Positions 53,664-63,592 of a stretch of 64,000 bases of DNA are shown piece by piece. Source of the stretch: Dehalococcoidia bacterium. GTDB taxonomy: Bacteria > Chloroflexota > Dehalococcoidia > Bin125. The translations under genes and the position numbers were made by a program. The DNA lies in assembly GCA_965209205.1 (NCBI GenBank), contig CBDBQC010000002.1, forward strand, positions 193,753 through 257,752, in the 5' to 3' direction. The notes beneath the pieces were generated by a model. It was not told the DNA's origin, searched no databases, and worked only from the letters and a program-made list of their open reading frames with translations. The first letter of the stretch is position 1. Each line of letters opens with the position of its first letter.

Positions 53664-54701
53664 TCAGCCCAGCCGCACGGCGTGCAAGGCGTACCAGCCG
53701 CGCCAGGTCGCACCCGGCGCCAGCACGGTGAGGCCCGGGTCGGGCCGGTCTGGGCCGGTCAGGTTGAAGGCGTTGGGGATGCAGGTGTGCGGCTCCAGCG
53801 ACGCCGTCGCGATGCCGGGCGGTGTGTAGAACACCATCGCCGGGAACTCCGGGCTGCATGTCACCACGGCCTCCACGCCGTTCGCCCGGTCGATCAGGCG
53901 GCCGGTCGCCCCCCGCTCCCCGCCGGGCGACCGGCGCAAGAACGTCGCGTTGCGGCTCACCCCCGCCTCGGAGCGACGGATGGGCGCGATGTCCGCCAAC
54001 GGCAGCGGCCGCCGCGGCCACTCGTCCTCCGCGACCGATGTCACCGTGGCGGGCGGCTCAAGGAAGTCCCACCAGCGCTCCGTCGCATCGATCTGGGCCT
54101 CGCAGGCGTCGGCCTCGCCGTGCGGTCCCAGCGGCGTGGGGAGGTAGGGGTGGAAGCCCAGGCCGAAGGGCATCGCCGCGTCGCCCGTGTTGACGATCGT
54201 CACGTCGCTGCGCAGTCGTCCCCCGCGCAGTGTGACCCGCAGCGACAGCCGGAACGGGAACGGCCACTCCGCCGGGCTGACGGCCTCCTCCCGCGTCGCG
54301 ATCTCGGTGGTCACCCACGCCCCCGTCTCGGGCGACGCGCCCATGTCGATGACGCGCCAGGCGCGGCGACGCGCCAGCCCGTGCATGGCGTTCTTGGTGG
54401 CCGGGTCGGGTGGCAAATCGACGCGCCGGCCGCGGAACTCGAAGCCGTCGCCGCCCACGCGGCCGGGATACGGGAAGAGCACTCCCGCCCCGTAGCGGGT
54501 CGGCAGCGCCCGCAGCGTCGCGAGGTCCGGCGGTGATCCGATCACGTCGATCGGCCGCCCGCCGAGCGTCGTGCGGAAGCGGGTGATGTTGCTGCCCAGG
54601 CCGGGCACGACTTCGGCCCGGGAGCCGGTGGCGGGCTCTCGCAGCACCACGATCGGTTCCCCCTCCCACTTGCCGAAGCCGGCGGCCGGGGGCTGGGTCA
54701 C
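53664..54701 (-). CDS. aldose 1-epimerase (galactose mutarotase-like) family protein
   Basis: ORF 53664..54767. The start is uncertain: GTG 54701 avoids a 50-nt overlap with the upstream gene, and GTG 54767 is the alternative. Contains YPGRV..F.F.G and GFHPY. Confidence 0.75.
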   Translation of the reverse strand: MTQPPAAGFGKWEGEPIVVLREPATGSRAEVVPGLGSNITRFRTTLGGRPIDVIGSPPDLATLRALPTRYGAGVLFPYPGRVGGDGFEFRGRRVDLPPDPATKNAMHGLARRRAWRVIDMGASPETGAWVTTEIATREEAVSPAEWPFPFRLSLRVTLRGGRLRSDVTIVNTGDAAMPFGLGFHPYLPTPLGPHGEADACEAQIDATERWWDFLEPPATVTSVAEDEWPRRPLPLADIAPIRRSEAGVSRNATFLRRSPGGERGATGRLIDRANGVEAVVTCSPEFPAMVFYTPPGIATASLEPHTCIPNAFNLTGPDRPDPGLTVLAPGATWRGWYALHAVRLG

Positions 54702-54717
54702 GTCGGGGGAATCCGCG

Positions 54718-55569
54718 TCAGGGGACAAGGCCGCGCCAGCTGTATTGCGGCCGGTAGCCCAGAACACGCTTCGCCTTCGCGCAGGTGATCGGCCCCTGCG
54801 TGCCGGTGAGCTGCGCGCAGACGGCCTCGCTGCCGGGGAAGCGGCGCGGGAACGCGGTGCTCAACGGCTCGCGGCAGAGCGCGTCGTCGGCCGTAATGAA
54901 GAAGCGGTCGTGCTCGATCGTCTCGTCGGCGAGCGCCAGCCGCACCGCCTGCGCGTAGTCCCGCGCGTCCACGTAGGCGAAGATGCCGTGGCCGCCGGGC
55001 CGGTCGAGCGCGGCGGGGACGCGCTCGGCGTAGTCGTCCGGCTGCAGGACGCTCGTGGGACGCAGGGAGATCGTGCGGATGCCCGTCCGGCGCGTGGCGG
55101 CGGCCAGGATCTCCTCGCCCAGCCACTTCGAGAGCCCATAGGCGTCCTGGGGGAGCAGCGGGTGCTCCTCGTCCATCGGCATGTAGGCCGGCGCCATGTC
55201 GCGGAAGCGGAAGGCGAAGCCCAACGCCGATCCGCTGCCGCTGTAGATCACCTTCCCCGCGCCGGCCCGCATCGCCGCCTCCACGACGTTGAACGTGCTC
55301 AGCATGTTGTTGGCGAAGACCTGCTCTGGCGGGTGGTTGAGGGGAGAGGGAATGGCGGCGAGGTGCACGACGGCGTCGACGCCGGCCGCCGCGCTCGCGA
55401 CCGCATCGGGATCGGTCAGGTCGACCTGCAGGTAGCGAGGCCCCCCGTCGTCGCCGGCCGCCGGGCCGGCGGCGACGTCGGCCACGACGATCTCGTGGTC
55501 GCCCTTCAGCTCCTCGACGACCCAGCGGCCGAGGCGCCCGTTGCCGCCGGTGATCAGCAGACGCGTCAT
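54718..55569 (-). CDS. NAD-dependent epimerase/dehydratase (extended SDR)
   Basis: ORF 54718..55569. Contains ITGGNGRLG and a YGLSK catalytic Tyr-x3-Lys. Confidence 0.85.
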   Translation of the reverse strand: MTRLLITGGNGRLGRWVVEELKGDHEIVVADVAAGPAAGDDGGPRYLQVDLTDPDAVASAAAGVDAVVHLAAIPSPLNHPPEQVFANNMLSTFNVVEAAMRAGAGKVIYSGSGSALGFAFRFRDMAPAYMPMDEEHPLLPQDAYGLSKWLGEEILAAATRRTGIRTISLRPTSVLQPDDYAERVPAALDRPGGHGIFAYVDARDYAQAVRLALADETIEHDRFFITADDALCREPLSTAFPRRFPGSEAVCAQLTGTQGPITCAKAKRVLGYRPQYSWRGLVP

Positions 55570-55603
55570 CAGCCCGCCTTCTCGGTCGCGCCGTACGTCG
55601 CGG

Positions 55604-56623
55604 TCAGTCGAAGTGGAAGCAGATCTTGCCGCTGGCCGCGTCGTCGGCCAACTGGAAGCCGCGCGCGCCCTCCTCGATGCCGAGGTCGTGGCTCACGACC
55701 GCGCCCAGATCGATCGACTTGCGTTGCACGAAGTCGCAGAGTTCGTCCCACATGGTCTGCGGGTAGATGGTTGAGCCGAAGAGGTGGATGTCCCAGCGGG
55801 TGATCCCGTTGAGCGAGGTCTGGAACGTATCGTTGCCCAGCCCCACCAGCGCCGCGGTCCCCCGCGGCCGCACGATGGCCGGGATCGCCTCGTGCGCGGG
55901 GGTCGCGCCGGAGGCCTCGACCAGCTTGTCGGCCCCACGCGGCCAGATCGCCTGCAGCGCCGGCCCCACGTCCCCGGCCGTCGGGTCGATCGTGGCTTCC
56001 GCGCCCAGCGATTCGGCCAGCGTCCGGCGCTCCGCGACGGGGTCGATGCCCACGACCTCCGCCCCCATCGCGCGCGCGAATTGCGTGGCCAGCAGCCCCA
56101 CCGGGCCCAGGCCCGAGACGGCCACGCGGTCCCGCCCGCCGGCGCCCAGCCGCACGAGGGGCGCGTAGGCGGTGCCACCCTGGCAGGCCAGGATGGCGCC
56201 TTCGCGGGCGCTGAGGCCGTCGGGCAGGCGCATGCTGGCGCTGGCGTCGGCGGTCATCAGCTCGGCGTCGGAGCCGTGCGCGCCGAAGCCGTAGCCGGGG
56301 CGGATGTTGGCGCAGACCTGGTTGTTGCCGCTGCGGCAGTCGTCGCACTGCCAGCATGTGCGCCGGAAGTAGACGACGGCGCGGTCGCCGGGCGCCCAGC
56401 CCTCGACGCCCTCCCCCACCGCAACGACGTCGCCGCTGCCCTCGTGGCCGGGTGTGATCGCGCGGTCGATGTAGGGCTGCGGCGCGCGGCGGTAGAGGTG
56501 CAGGTCGCTGCCGCAGATCGCGGAGGCCCGCAGGCGGATCAGCAGTTCGCCGGGGCCGGGCTCGGGTTCCGGCTTGTTCTGGACCGCGATGGTCCGTTCG
56601 CCGGTCAGGCTCAGTGCGCGCAC
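55604..56623 (-). CDS. zinc-dependent alcohol/polyol dehydrogenase (sorbitol/threonine dehydrogenase-like MDR)
   Basis: ORF 55604..56734 trimmed to GTG 56623 (GGAG upstream). Contains ICGSDLH, GHEGSG, CWQCDDCRSG and GLGPVG. Confidence 0.85.
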   Translation of the reverse strand: MRALSLTGERTIAVQNKPEPEPGPGELLIRLRASAICGSDLHLYRRAPQPYIDRAITPGHEGSGDVVAVGEGVEGWAPGDRAVVYFRRTCWQCDDCRSGNNQVCANIRPGYGFGAHGSDAELMTADASASMRLPDGLSAREGAILACQGGTAYAPLVRLGAGGRDRVAVSGLGPVGLLATQFARAMGAEVVGIDPVAERRTLAESLGAEATIDPTAGDVGPALQAIWPRGADKLVEASGATPAHEAIPAIVRPRGTAALVGLGNDTFQTSLNGITRWDIHLFGSTIYPQTMWDELCDFVQRKSIDLGAVVSHDLGIEEGARGFQLADDAASGKICFHFD

Positions 56624-56693
56624 GTTGACTCCGTTCCGCAGTTCTGGAAGGTGGCGAGAGGGGTGCGGCCTCGCCCGGAGGCCGGTCGCCAGC

Positions 56694-57647
56694 CTAGGCG
56701 ACCCGGATGCGCGGGTCGACGAAACCGTAGGCAATGTCGATCACGATGTTCGCCAGGATGAAGGAGAGGGCGTAGAGGAAGACGAGGCTCTGGATCAGCG
56801 TCCAATCCGACGACTGGATGCCCTGCACCAGCGAGAGACCCAGCCCCGGCACCGAGAAGGCGCGCTCGACGGCGACCGCGCCGCCGATCAGCCCGCCCAG
56901 CGCCAGCCCGGAGATCGTCAGCACGGGCAGCAGGGCGTTGCGCAGTACGTGCCCGACGAGCACGTTGCGACTGTTGATCCCCTTGGCCTGGGCCGTGCGC
57001 ACGAAGTCGCTGCTCAGCACGTCGAGCACGGAGGAGCGCGTGATCCGGGCGAAGACCGCCCCCAGCCCGACGCCCATTACGAACGCCGGCCCCAGGGTCA
57101 TCTGCAGGTTCTCGAGCGGGTCCGTCCAGACATGCACATAGACCAGCGGCGGCCGCCAGCCCAAGACGAGCACCGTGAAGAGGATGATCAGCAGGCCCAT
57201 CCAGAAGCCGGGCACGGCGAGCAGGAAGACCGCGGCGAAGCGCGACATGTAGTCGCTGGGTTGGTTCTGGCGCACGGCCCCGAAGATGCCCAGCGGGATG
57301 CCGATGAGCCAGGCCAGGAGGATGGCCATGATCGCGATCTGGGCGCTCACCGGGCCCCGGTGGCTGACGATCTCCGTCACCGGCGTGTCGGCGATGAACG
57401 AGGAACCGAGGTCGCCGGTGAGGATGTCGCCCACCCACTCGAAGTACTGCTCCGTCAGCGGCCGGTCGATGCCCATCTGCTCGCGAAGCCGGTCGCGCTG
57501 CTCCTCGGTGAAGACGTAGCCTCCGGCGTCGTCCTGGATGGCCGTGGGGTCGCCCGGGATGATGCGGATGGCGATGAAGATCAGGATCGAGATCCCGAGC
57601 AGGACGGGCAACCCAAGCAGCAGGCGGCGAACGACGTACTTCAGCAT
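56694..57647 (-). CDS. ABC transporter permease, Opp/Dpp/Nik B-type
   Basis: ORF 56694..57647 (MLKYVVRRLLLGLPVLLGISILIF...). Contains RTAQAKGI. Confidence 0.9.
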   Translation of the reverse strand: MLKYVVRRLLLGLPVLLGISILIFIAIRIIPGDPTAIQDDAGGYVFTEEQRDRLREQMGIDRPLTEQYFEWVGDILTGDLGSSFIADTPVTEIVSHRGPVSAQIAIMAILLAWLIGIPLGIFGAVRQNQPSDYMSRFAAVFLLAVPGFWMGLLIILFTVLVLGWRPPLVYVHVWTDPLENLQMTLGPAFVMGVGLGAVFARITRSSVLDVLSSDFVRTAQAKGINSRNVLVGHVLRNALLPVLTISGLALGGLIGGAVAVERAFSVPGLGLSLVQGIQSSDWTLIQSLVFLYALSFILANIVIDIAYGFVDPRIRVA

Positions 57648-57833
57648 GATGCGGCCGTCAGCGTAGCGCCTCCCGGCGAAGTGGTGGCGGGCATCCGGCC
57701 GCCGGGCTCAGTCCCGCGCTGCTGGGCGGGACGCGGGCTGGGGAACAAAGCGCAGCAGCCGGGCGACGGAAGCTCCATGCGCGTGGAGCCGCCGCCGCCC
57801 GGCTGCCCGGGGTCGCGTTCGCGACGGACCTGT

Positions 57834-60044
57834 CTAGGCGTTCACCCAGAACAGATCCCAGGTGCCTTCCTCGGTGTAGCCGCGGGTTTCCTCCAGGTGG
57901 CCCTGCAGCCGGTTGGACCACATGGCGTTGTGCTGCGTGAAGGCGACCAGGTAGAAGGGCGGATCCTCGTCCAGCAGGTCCATGCCCTGCGCGTAGAGGT
58001 CCTTCTTCGTCTCGAAGTCCGCCTCGGCGTCGATCCGGTCGATGATGTCGTCGACCTCCGGGTTCGAGTAGAACTCGAAGTTGTTCGAGCCGCCGGTGCG
58101 GATGCACGACTTCCAGGCGGTGACGAACTCACTCACCGGCGCGCGGAAGATGACGCCCAGCAGGAAGTCGTACGTGCCCTCCTGGTAGGCCTCCGTGCGG
58201 CCGGAGCCGGCCCGCGGATCGAGCACCGTGTCGATGTTGAGTTTCTCCTTGAGCTCGGCCTGGAAGGCCGGGGCCAGGATCTCGGAGTGCGCGGGGTTGG
58301 TGTTGCTGACGATCTGCCCACCGTCGAAGCCGTCGCTCAGCCCCACGGCGTCGAGCAACTGCTTCGCCTCGGCGATCGCCTCGGGGTCCTCGCCGCGGTA
58401 GCCCGGGATCTGCTCGAGGTCCGCCAGCGGCGTGGCGACGGGGCTGGAGTTCGACACCCAGCGGGAGCCCGCGAGGCTCATCGACTCGGTGTACACGTCG
58501 ATCAGGCCGGGCCGGTTCGGGGCCAGGAAGATCGCGCGCCGCACGCGGGGGTCGTTGAACGGCTCCTTCTCGTTGTGCATGTAGAACTGCAGCGAGGCGC
58601 GGGTGCCGTCGTGCCGGGCGACGCCGGCGACGTCGGCGAACTGGTCCCGCGTGTCGTAGAACTCGGCCGGCACGATGTTGGCGTAGTCGGCCTGCCCGCC
58701 CAGGATGGCGGTGGCGCGGTCCGGCCACGGCACCACGTGCAGCATCTCCAACTCGTCGATGTAGGGCAGCGACGGGTTCCAGTAGTCCGGGTTGCGGGTA
58801 AAGCGGGTCAGCTCCTCGGCCCGGTGCTCCTGGAACAGGTAGGGGCCGGTGCCCGGCAGCGGCTCGGCCGCGATGTTGCTCGTGTCCTGCAGGTGGGCCT
58901 CGGAGTAGATCGCCTTCTCGGGCCCCGCCAGCATCTCAAGGAAGTAGGCGCGCGGCGCGCTCAGCTTGACGACGACGGTCTGGTCGTCGACCGCGTCCGC
59001 GCTCTCCATGTAGTCGAGGTCGGTCGCGTAGCGGCTGGTGTAGTCGCTGAACTCGCCCAGGTTGCGCATGCGCCGCAGCGAGGCGGCGAGGTCGCCCGCG
59101 ACGAACGGCGTCCCGTCGTGGAAGGTCACGCCCGGGCGGATGGGCAGCGTGTAGGTAAGGCCGCCGTCCGAGATCTCCCAGCCCGCGGCCAGCCGCGGCA
59201 TGATCGTCTGCAGGCCGTCCAGCGGGTTCGCGCGCACGGCCGTCTCGTACATCTGCGAGAGAATGCCGCGGTTCCCGGACACGTGCTGGTCGAAGTTCGC
59301 GATGCGCCCCCAGAAGACGGTCCGCACCTTCCCGCCCATCTGCGTGTCGGGCAGGCCGATGATGCCCTCCTCGGGGTTGACCTCGGGACCCATCGCCTCC
59401 TCGTCCGCCATCTCATCCGCGTCCATGGCGGCGTCGGCGGCCTCGCGGGCCGCGGCGGCGGCCTCCTCGGCGGCGGCGACGGCGGCCTCGGCCGTCTCGG
59501 CGGCGGCGGCCGACGCCTCCCCGGCGGCGGCAGCGGCGGCAGCCGCGGCATCGGCCGCGGCCTGCGCGGCGGCAGCCGCGGCGGCGGTATCCTCGGCGCC
59601 CGCCTCCCGCGCGGCGGTGGCGGCGGCCTCGGCGGCATCGGCGGCCGCCTGCGCGACCGCAGCGGCGCCCGCATCGCCCGCGGCTTCGGCCGCAGCGGCG
59701 GCATCGGCGGCGGCGTCGGCGGCCGCCTGGGCGGCCGCAGCGGCCTGTTCGGCGTCATCGGATGCCGCGGCTTCGGCCGCCAGGGCGGAGGCCGACTCGG
59801 CGGCTTCGGCAGCGCGGCCCGCGGCCTCGGCGGCGTCGCTCGCGGCGGCGGCCGCGGCAGCCGCGTCGCTCGCGGCCGCGTCGACGGCGGACGAGTCGAC
59901 GACCGCCGGCGCGGCGTCGTCGTCACCGCCGCAGCCGACCAAGGCCAAGCCCGCCGCGCCCACGCCCGCCTTGGCGCTGGCACGCAGCAGCGCACGGCGG
60001 CTCAGGCGCGTGCGTCGCAATCCGTCCCAAGAACTGATGCTCAT
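57834..60044 (-). CDS. ABC solute-binding lipoprotein, family 5, with ~180-aa Ala/Asp/Glu tether
   Basis: ORF 57834..60155 trimmed to ATG 60044 (AAGGAGG upstream). Contains RTRLSRRALL...LALVGCGGDDD, a linker at about 59391-59930, then a family-5 core. Confidence 0.9.
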   Translation of the reverse strand: MSISSWDGLRRTRLSRRALLRASAKAGVGAAGLALVGCGGDDDAAPAVVDSSAVDAAASDAAAAAAAASDAAEAAGRAAEAAESASALAAEAAASDDAEQAAAAAQAAADAAADAAAAAEAAGDAGAAAVAQAAADAAEAAATAAREAGAEDTAAAAAAAQAAADAAAAAAAAAGEASAAAAETAEAAVAAAEEAAAAAREAADAAMDADEMADEEAMGPEVNPEEGIIGLPDTQMGGKVRTVFWGRIANFDQHVSGNRGILSQMYETAVRANPLDGLQTIMPRLAAGWEISDGGLTYTLPIRPGVTFHDGTPFVAGDLAASLRRMRNLGEFSDYTSRYATDLDYMESADAVDDQTVVVKLSAPRAYFLEMLAGPEKAIYSEAHLQDTSNIAAEPLPGTGPYLFQEHRAEELTRFTRNPDYWNPSLPYIDELEMLHVVPWPDRATAILGGQADYANIVPAEFYDTRDQFADVAGVARHDGTRASLQFYMHNEKEPFNDPRVRRAIFLAPNRPGLIDVYTESMSLAGSRWVSNSSPVATPLADLEQIPGYRGEDPEAIAEAKQLLDAVGLSDGFDGGQIVSNTNPAHSEILAPAFQAELKEKLNIDTVLDPRAGSGRTEAYQEGTYDFLLGVIFRAPVSEFVTAWKSCIRTGGSNNFEFYSNPEVDDIIDRIDAEADFETKKDLYAQGMDLLDEDPPFYLVAFTQHNAMWSNRLQGHLEETRGYTEEGTWDLFWVNA

Positions 60045-60221
60045 TCCGAAAACCTCCTTATTGGGGCATCTCACCGCCGATTTCCGAGCGGTACAGACCC
60101 AGCCCCGTACTTCACCGGGCGACGGTATCCCCGGATTCCACTCCGTAACAGCCATCCGCTTGACACTGGCGCCGGCCGTGTCGCGCCGCCCGAGCCCGCC
60201 GCCGCCGGCAGCGCGACGGCG

Positions 60222-61406
60222 CTACGCCCCGACCAGCGCGCGCGTCTCGATCTTCGACTCGTCCAGCTCCATGCCCAGGCCGGGCGTGTCCGGCAGCCGC
60301 AGGCTGCCGCGGTCGCGGACGACGGGGTCGCGCAGGAAGAACTCGTGGACCTGGTTCCACTTGATCAGGTCCTCGGCCATCGGGCAGAGGTTCGGCGGCT
60401 GCGACGCGATCAGGTGCGTGTTGGCGGAGACCGAGTGCCCGTGCGGGATGACGGGCAGCTCCGCGACGGAGGCCAGCGTGCAGATCTTGCGCATCTCGCT
60501 GATCCCGCCGGCCCAGTACGTGTCGGCCTGGATCACGTCGCAGGCGGCGGCGTCGATCAGCAGTTGGATGCCCCAGCGCGTGTACTCGTGCTCGCCGGTC
60601 GCGATGGGGACGGGGGAGCGGCGGCGGATCGCGGCCGTGGCGGCGATCTTGTCGGGCAGCAGCGGCTCCTCGATCCAGCGCACGTTGTAGCGTTCCACCC
60701 GGCGCGCCATCGTCAGCGCGTAGTCGGGGTCCCAGCTCATCCAGGCGTCGAACATGATGTCGGTGTCGTCCCCGGCGGCCTCGCGCACCGTGCGCACGAG
60801 CGTCTCGTTCTGCTCCATGCCCGCCTTGCCGTCGGCGGGGCCGCGCTTGAAGAACCACTTCTGCGCCCGGTATCCGGCCGCGGCGAACGCGGCCGCCCGG
60901 CGGGCGACGTCGGCCGGCTCGACGGAGAAGCCCAGCGTGCTGGCGTAGGCCGGGATCGACGCTCGCGTGGGGCCGCCCAGCAGCCGGTAGACCGGCTGGT
61001 CGAGCGCCTTGCCCTTCAGATCCCAGAGTGCGCAGTCGATCGCGCTGATCGCCATCATCGTCGCGCCTTTGCGGCCGTGCACGGCCGATCGGTGCATCAG
61101 ATCCCAAATGCGTTCCGTCGCGCGCGCGTCCTCCCCCGTCAGCAGCGGCTTGAACTGCTGCAGGATCGACTGCGCCAGCGCCCCCCCAATGGGCCCCGCC
61201 CGTCCCACGACGCCCTCCGCCTCGATCTCCAGGAAGACCCCGTCAATGCGGTAGCGGCCGTCGCCCCGTTGGGGCAGCGTGCGCGGTCCCCCCTGGCGGT
61301 GCGGCTCGTAGAGGTCGGTGGGGCGGACCAGCCGGTCCTCCCAGAACTCGCCCTCGTGCTCCAGCGTGCCGCTGACCTGGACCGCCCGGATCGCGTCAAT
61401 GTTCAT
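60222..61406 (-). CDS. enolase superfamily dehydratase (rhamnonate-dehydratase-like, tentative subgroup)
   Basis: ORF 60222..61406. Contains AIDCALWDLKGK and MFDAWMSW..IEEP..TGEHE..PHGHS. Confidence 0.85.
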   Translation of the reverse strand: MNIDAIRAVQVSGTLEHEGEFWEDRLVRPTDLYEPHRQGGPRTLPQRGDGRYRIDGVFLEIEAEGVVGRAGPIGGALAQSILQQFKPLLTGEDARATERIWDLMHRSAVHGRKGATMMAISAIDCALWDLKGKALDQPVYRLLGGPTRASIPAYASTLGFSVEPADVARRAAAFAAAGYRAQKWFFKRGPADGKAGMEQNETLVRTVREAAGDDTDIMFDAWMSWDPDYALTMARRVERYNVRWIEEPLLPDKIAATAAIRRRSPVPIATGEHEYTRWGIQLLIDAAACDVIQADTYWAGGISEMRKICTLASVAELPVIPHGHSVSANTHLIASQPPNLCPMAEDLIKWNQVHEFFLRDPVVRDRGSLRLPDTPGLGMELDESKIETRALVGA

Positions 61407-61427
61407 GGCGGCATCTTCACTGCGCCG

Positions 61428-62675
61428 TCACCCGCCCGCGCCCGCCGCGATCTGCAGCGTGGCGCAGGGGAAGACCGCGACGCGGGCGTGGTCGCCGTGC
61501 TTGTCGGACAGCCAGCGCCCCACGTCGGCCCAGTCGGTCATTAGCGTGACACGCTCCCGGGGGCCCGGCGGCAGGCCGAGCTTGGCCATGCCGGGCATGA
61601 AGTAGACCAGGTCGGGCGCGCCCGGCATCGGGCGGCCCGCGCCGGCCCCGTACATCGGCATGCCGGGGCCGTACAGCGAGTGGAAGCCGGGCCCCTCGAC
61701 GGTCGAGCCGGCCAGCACGATCGTCCCCCCCGGCCGCACGATCGGCTCGGGTGCGGTGAGCAGCGGGTGGAAGCCGCGGCCGGTCTGCTGGTACTCGGCG
61801 TCTTTGGGGTAGCTGGCCAGCACGCACACGTCGACGCCGCGGGGGACCGGCGTCGCGTAGACCCGCCGCGCCATCGCGACGCCTGCCCGGTGCGCCTCGA
61901 CGAGGTCGCCCACGACGAGCCCCGCGATCCCCCGCGTGGCATTGGGGATCACGTTAACAATGCAGTCCACGCCGGCCAGCCGCGCCGCCTCCTCGGAGTC
62001 GAGGCGCGACTCGCTTGCCGTCGCGATCAGGCCGGTCGGGGGCCCGTCGGGTCCGTGCCAGGCGTGCGCGGTGTCGATGTGCGCCACGCCCGGCAGCACC
62101 AGCTTCGAGCCGCCCGAGAAGCCGGTCTTGTTGTGCGGCATGATGCTGCCGACGAGGATGCGGCACTCGGCGGCGAGGAACTCGGAGTTCAGGCGCACCG
62201 GCGTGCCGCGGCTCGTTGTACCGACCGGGTCGCAGTTCGTCCAGGAGAAGTGCGAGCGCGTGCGGTAGGTGTCGACGACGTCTGCACCCACCTTCTTGAT
62301 GAAGTCGTCCCGCGTCAGTACGCGGTGGTTGGCGACCCCGGCCAGGATCAGGGTGTCGGACGGGGTCAGGCCCGCCGCGTGCAACTCCCGCAGGATGCGC
62401 GGCAGCAGCCGCGACGCCGGCGTCGGCCGCGTCAGGTCGTCCACGACCACGACGGCGCTGCGTTTGCCCGCCGCCAGCTCCCGGATCGGCGCGCAGCCGA
62501 TCGGGTTGTCGAAGGCGGCGGCGATCCCATCCTCGCCGATGTCGTCGCCGCCGGCGTGCTCGTGCACCGTCACGTCCCAGGCCGCCGGGAAGCGCAACGC
62601 CAGGTCGCGGTCGCCGTAGAAGGAGGCCCAGCGGATCGCGGCGGTCTGCGTGGGAGGTGGGGACGCGGTGGTCAT
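61428..62675 (-). CDS. LarA-like protein (DUF2088; nickel-pincer-cofactor-dependent 2-hydroxyacid racemase/epimerase family)
   Basis: ORF 61428..62675. Contains FDNPIG..PIRELA, VVVVDDLTRPTP, AGVANHR and GSIMPHNKTGFSGGSKLVLPG. ATGA overlap with the upstream permease. Confidence 0.8.
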   Translation of the reverse strand: MTTASPPPTQTAAIRWASFYGDRDLALRFPAAWDVTVHEHAGGDDIGEDGIAAAFDNPIGCAPIRELAAGKRSAVVVVDDLTRPTPASRLLPRILRELHAAGLTPSDTLILAGVANHRVLTRDDFIKKVGADVVDTYRTRSHFSWTNCDPVGTTSRGTPVRLNSEFLAAECRILVGSIMPHNKTGFSGGSKLVLPGVAHIDTAHAWHGPDGPPTGLIATASESRLDSEEAARLAGVDCIVNVIPNATRGIAGLVVGDLVEAHRAGVAMARRVYATPVPRGVDVCVLASYPKDAEYQQTGRGFHPLLTAPEPIVRPGGTIVLAGSTVEGPGFHSLYGPGMPMYGAGAGRPMPGAPDLVYFMPGMAKLGLPPGPRERVTLMTDWADVGRWLSDKHGDHARVAVFPCATLQIAAGAGG

Positions 62676-63592
62676 TTGACCTTCCGGCGCTCGGCGGACC
62701 GCGGGTCGGCGAAGTCACGGATCGCGTCGCCCAGCAGGTTCATCGCTAGCACTGTGATCACGATCGCCAGGCCCGGGAAGACCACCAGCCACCACGCGGG
62801 GTTGAAGATGTGACTCACGATGGCTCCCAGCATGCCCCCCCACGTCGCGGTGGGGGGCGGCACGCCCACGCCCAGGAAGGAGAGCGCCGCCTCGGCGAAG
62901 ACGGCGAAGCCGAAGTTGATCGAGATGATGACCAGGAACAGCCCCAGCGTCTGCGGCGCGACGTGACGCCATGTCACGCGGAGCCAGGGCGCGCCGATCG
63001 AGCGTGCTGCCTCGACGTACGGTTCCTGCTTGATCGAGAGCACGCTCGACCGCACCACGCGGCCGGAGTCGGGGATGCGGGTGACGGCGATTGCGATGAT
63101 GATCGTGCTCACGCCGCCGCCGATCGCCACCAGCAGCAGGAGCGCGAGGATCAGCGCCGGGAAGGCCAGCAGCACCTCTAGCACACGCTGCATGATCAGG
63201 TCGTACCAGCCGCCCGCGTAGGCGCTGACGATGCCGACGATGAAGCCCAGGCCGTCGCCGATGAGGACCGAGAACACCGCCACGACCAACGTCACGCGCC
63301 CGCCGTAGAGCACGCGCGTGAAGACGTCCCGCCCCAGGTCGTCGGTGCCGAACCAGTGCGCGCCCGAGGGGCCGACGCGGATCGCGCTGAAATCGATCTC
63401 GAGCGGGTCGAAGCGCGCGATCGCCGGCGCGAGCGCGGAGGCGGCGACGAGCGCCGCCAGCACGGCCAGCGCCACCACGCCGACCGGGTAGTAGCGCACG
63501 AACAGGCGCACCTGCGACGCGAGCGTGCGATCGGGTCGCTTGAGCGGTACGGCGAGCTGGCTCGCGCCCTCGTCCGCCATTCGCCCGGACAT
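62672..63592 (-). CDS. ABC transporter permease, Opp/Dpp/Nik C-type
   Basis: ORF 62672..63592. The ATG directly follows the TAG of the aldolase gene. Confidence 0.9.
   Translation of the reverse strand: MSGRMADEGASQLAVPLKRPDRTLASQVRLFVRYYPVGVVALAVLAALVAASALAPAIARFDPLEIDFSAIRVGPSGAHWFGTDDLGRDVFTRVLYGGRVTLVVAVFSVLIGDGLGFIVGIVSAYAGGWYDLIMQRVLEVLLAFPALILALLLLVAIGGGVSTIIIAIAVTRIPDSGRVVRSSVLSIKQEPYVEAARSIGAPWLRVTWRHVAPQTLGLFLVIISINFGFAVFAEAALSFLGVGVPPPTATWGGMLGAIVSHIFNPAWWLVVFPGLAIVITVLAMNLLGDAIRDFADPRSAERRKVK

Noticed and set aside
56574-61544. ORF 56574..61544 (+, 1656 aa), the longest ORF in the window.
   Set aside because: It is antisense to four well-supported minus-strand genes (permease, SBP, enolase, LarA-like). 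It has low-complexity Arg/Gly/Pro/Asp composition and no domain signature.
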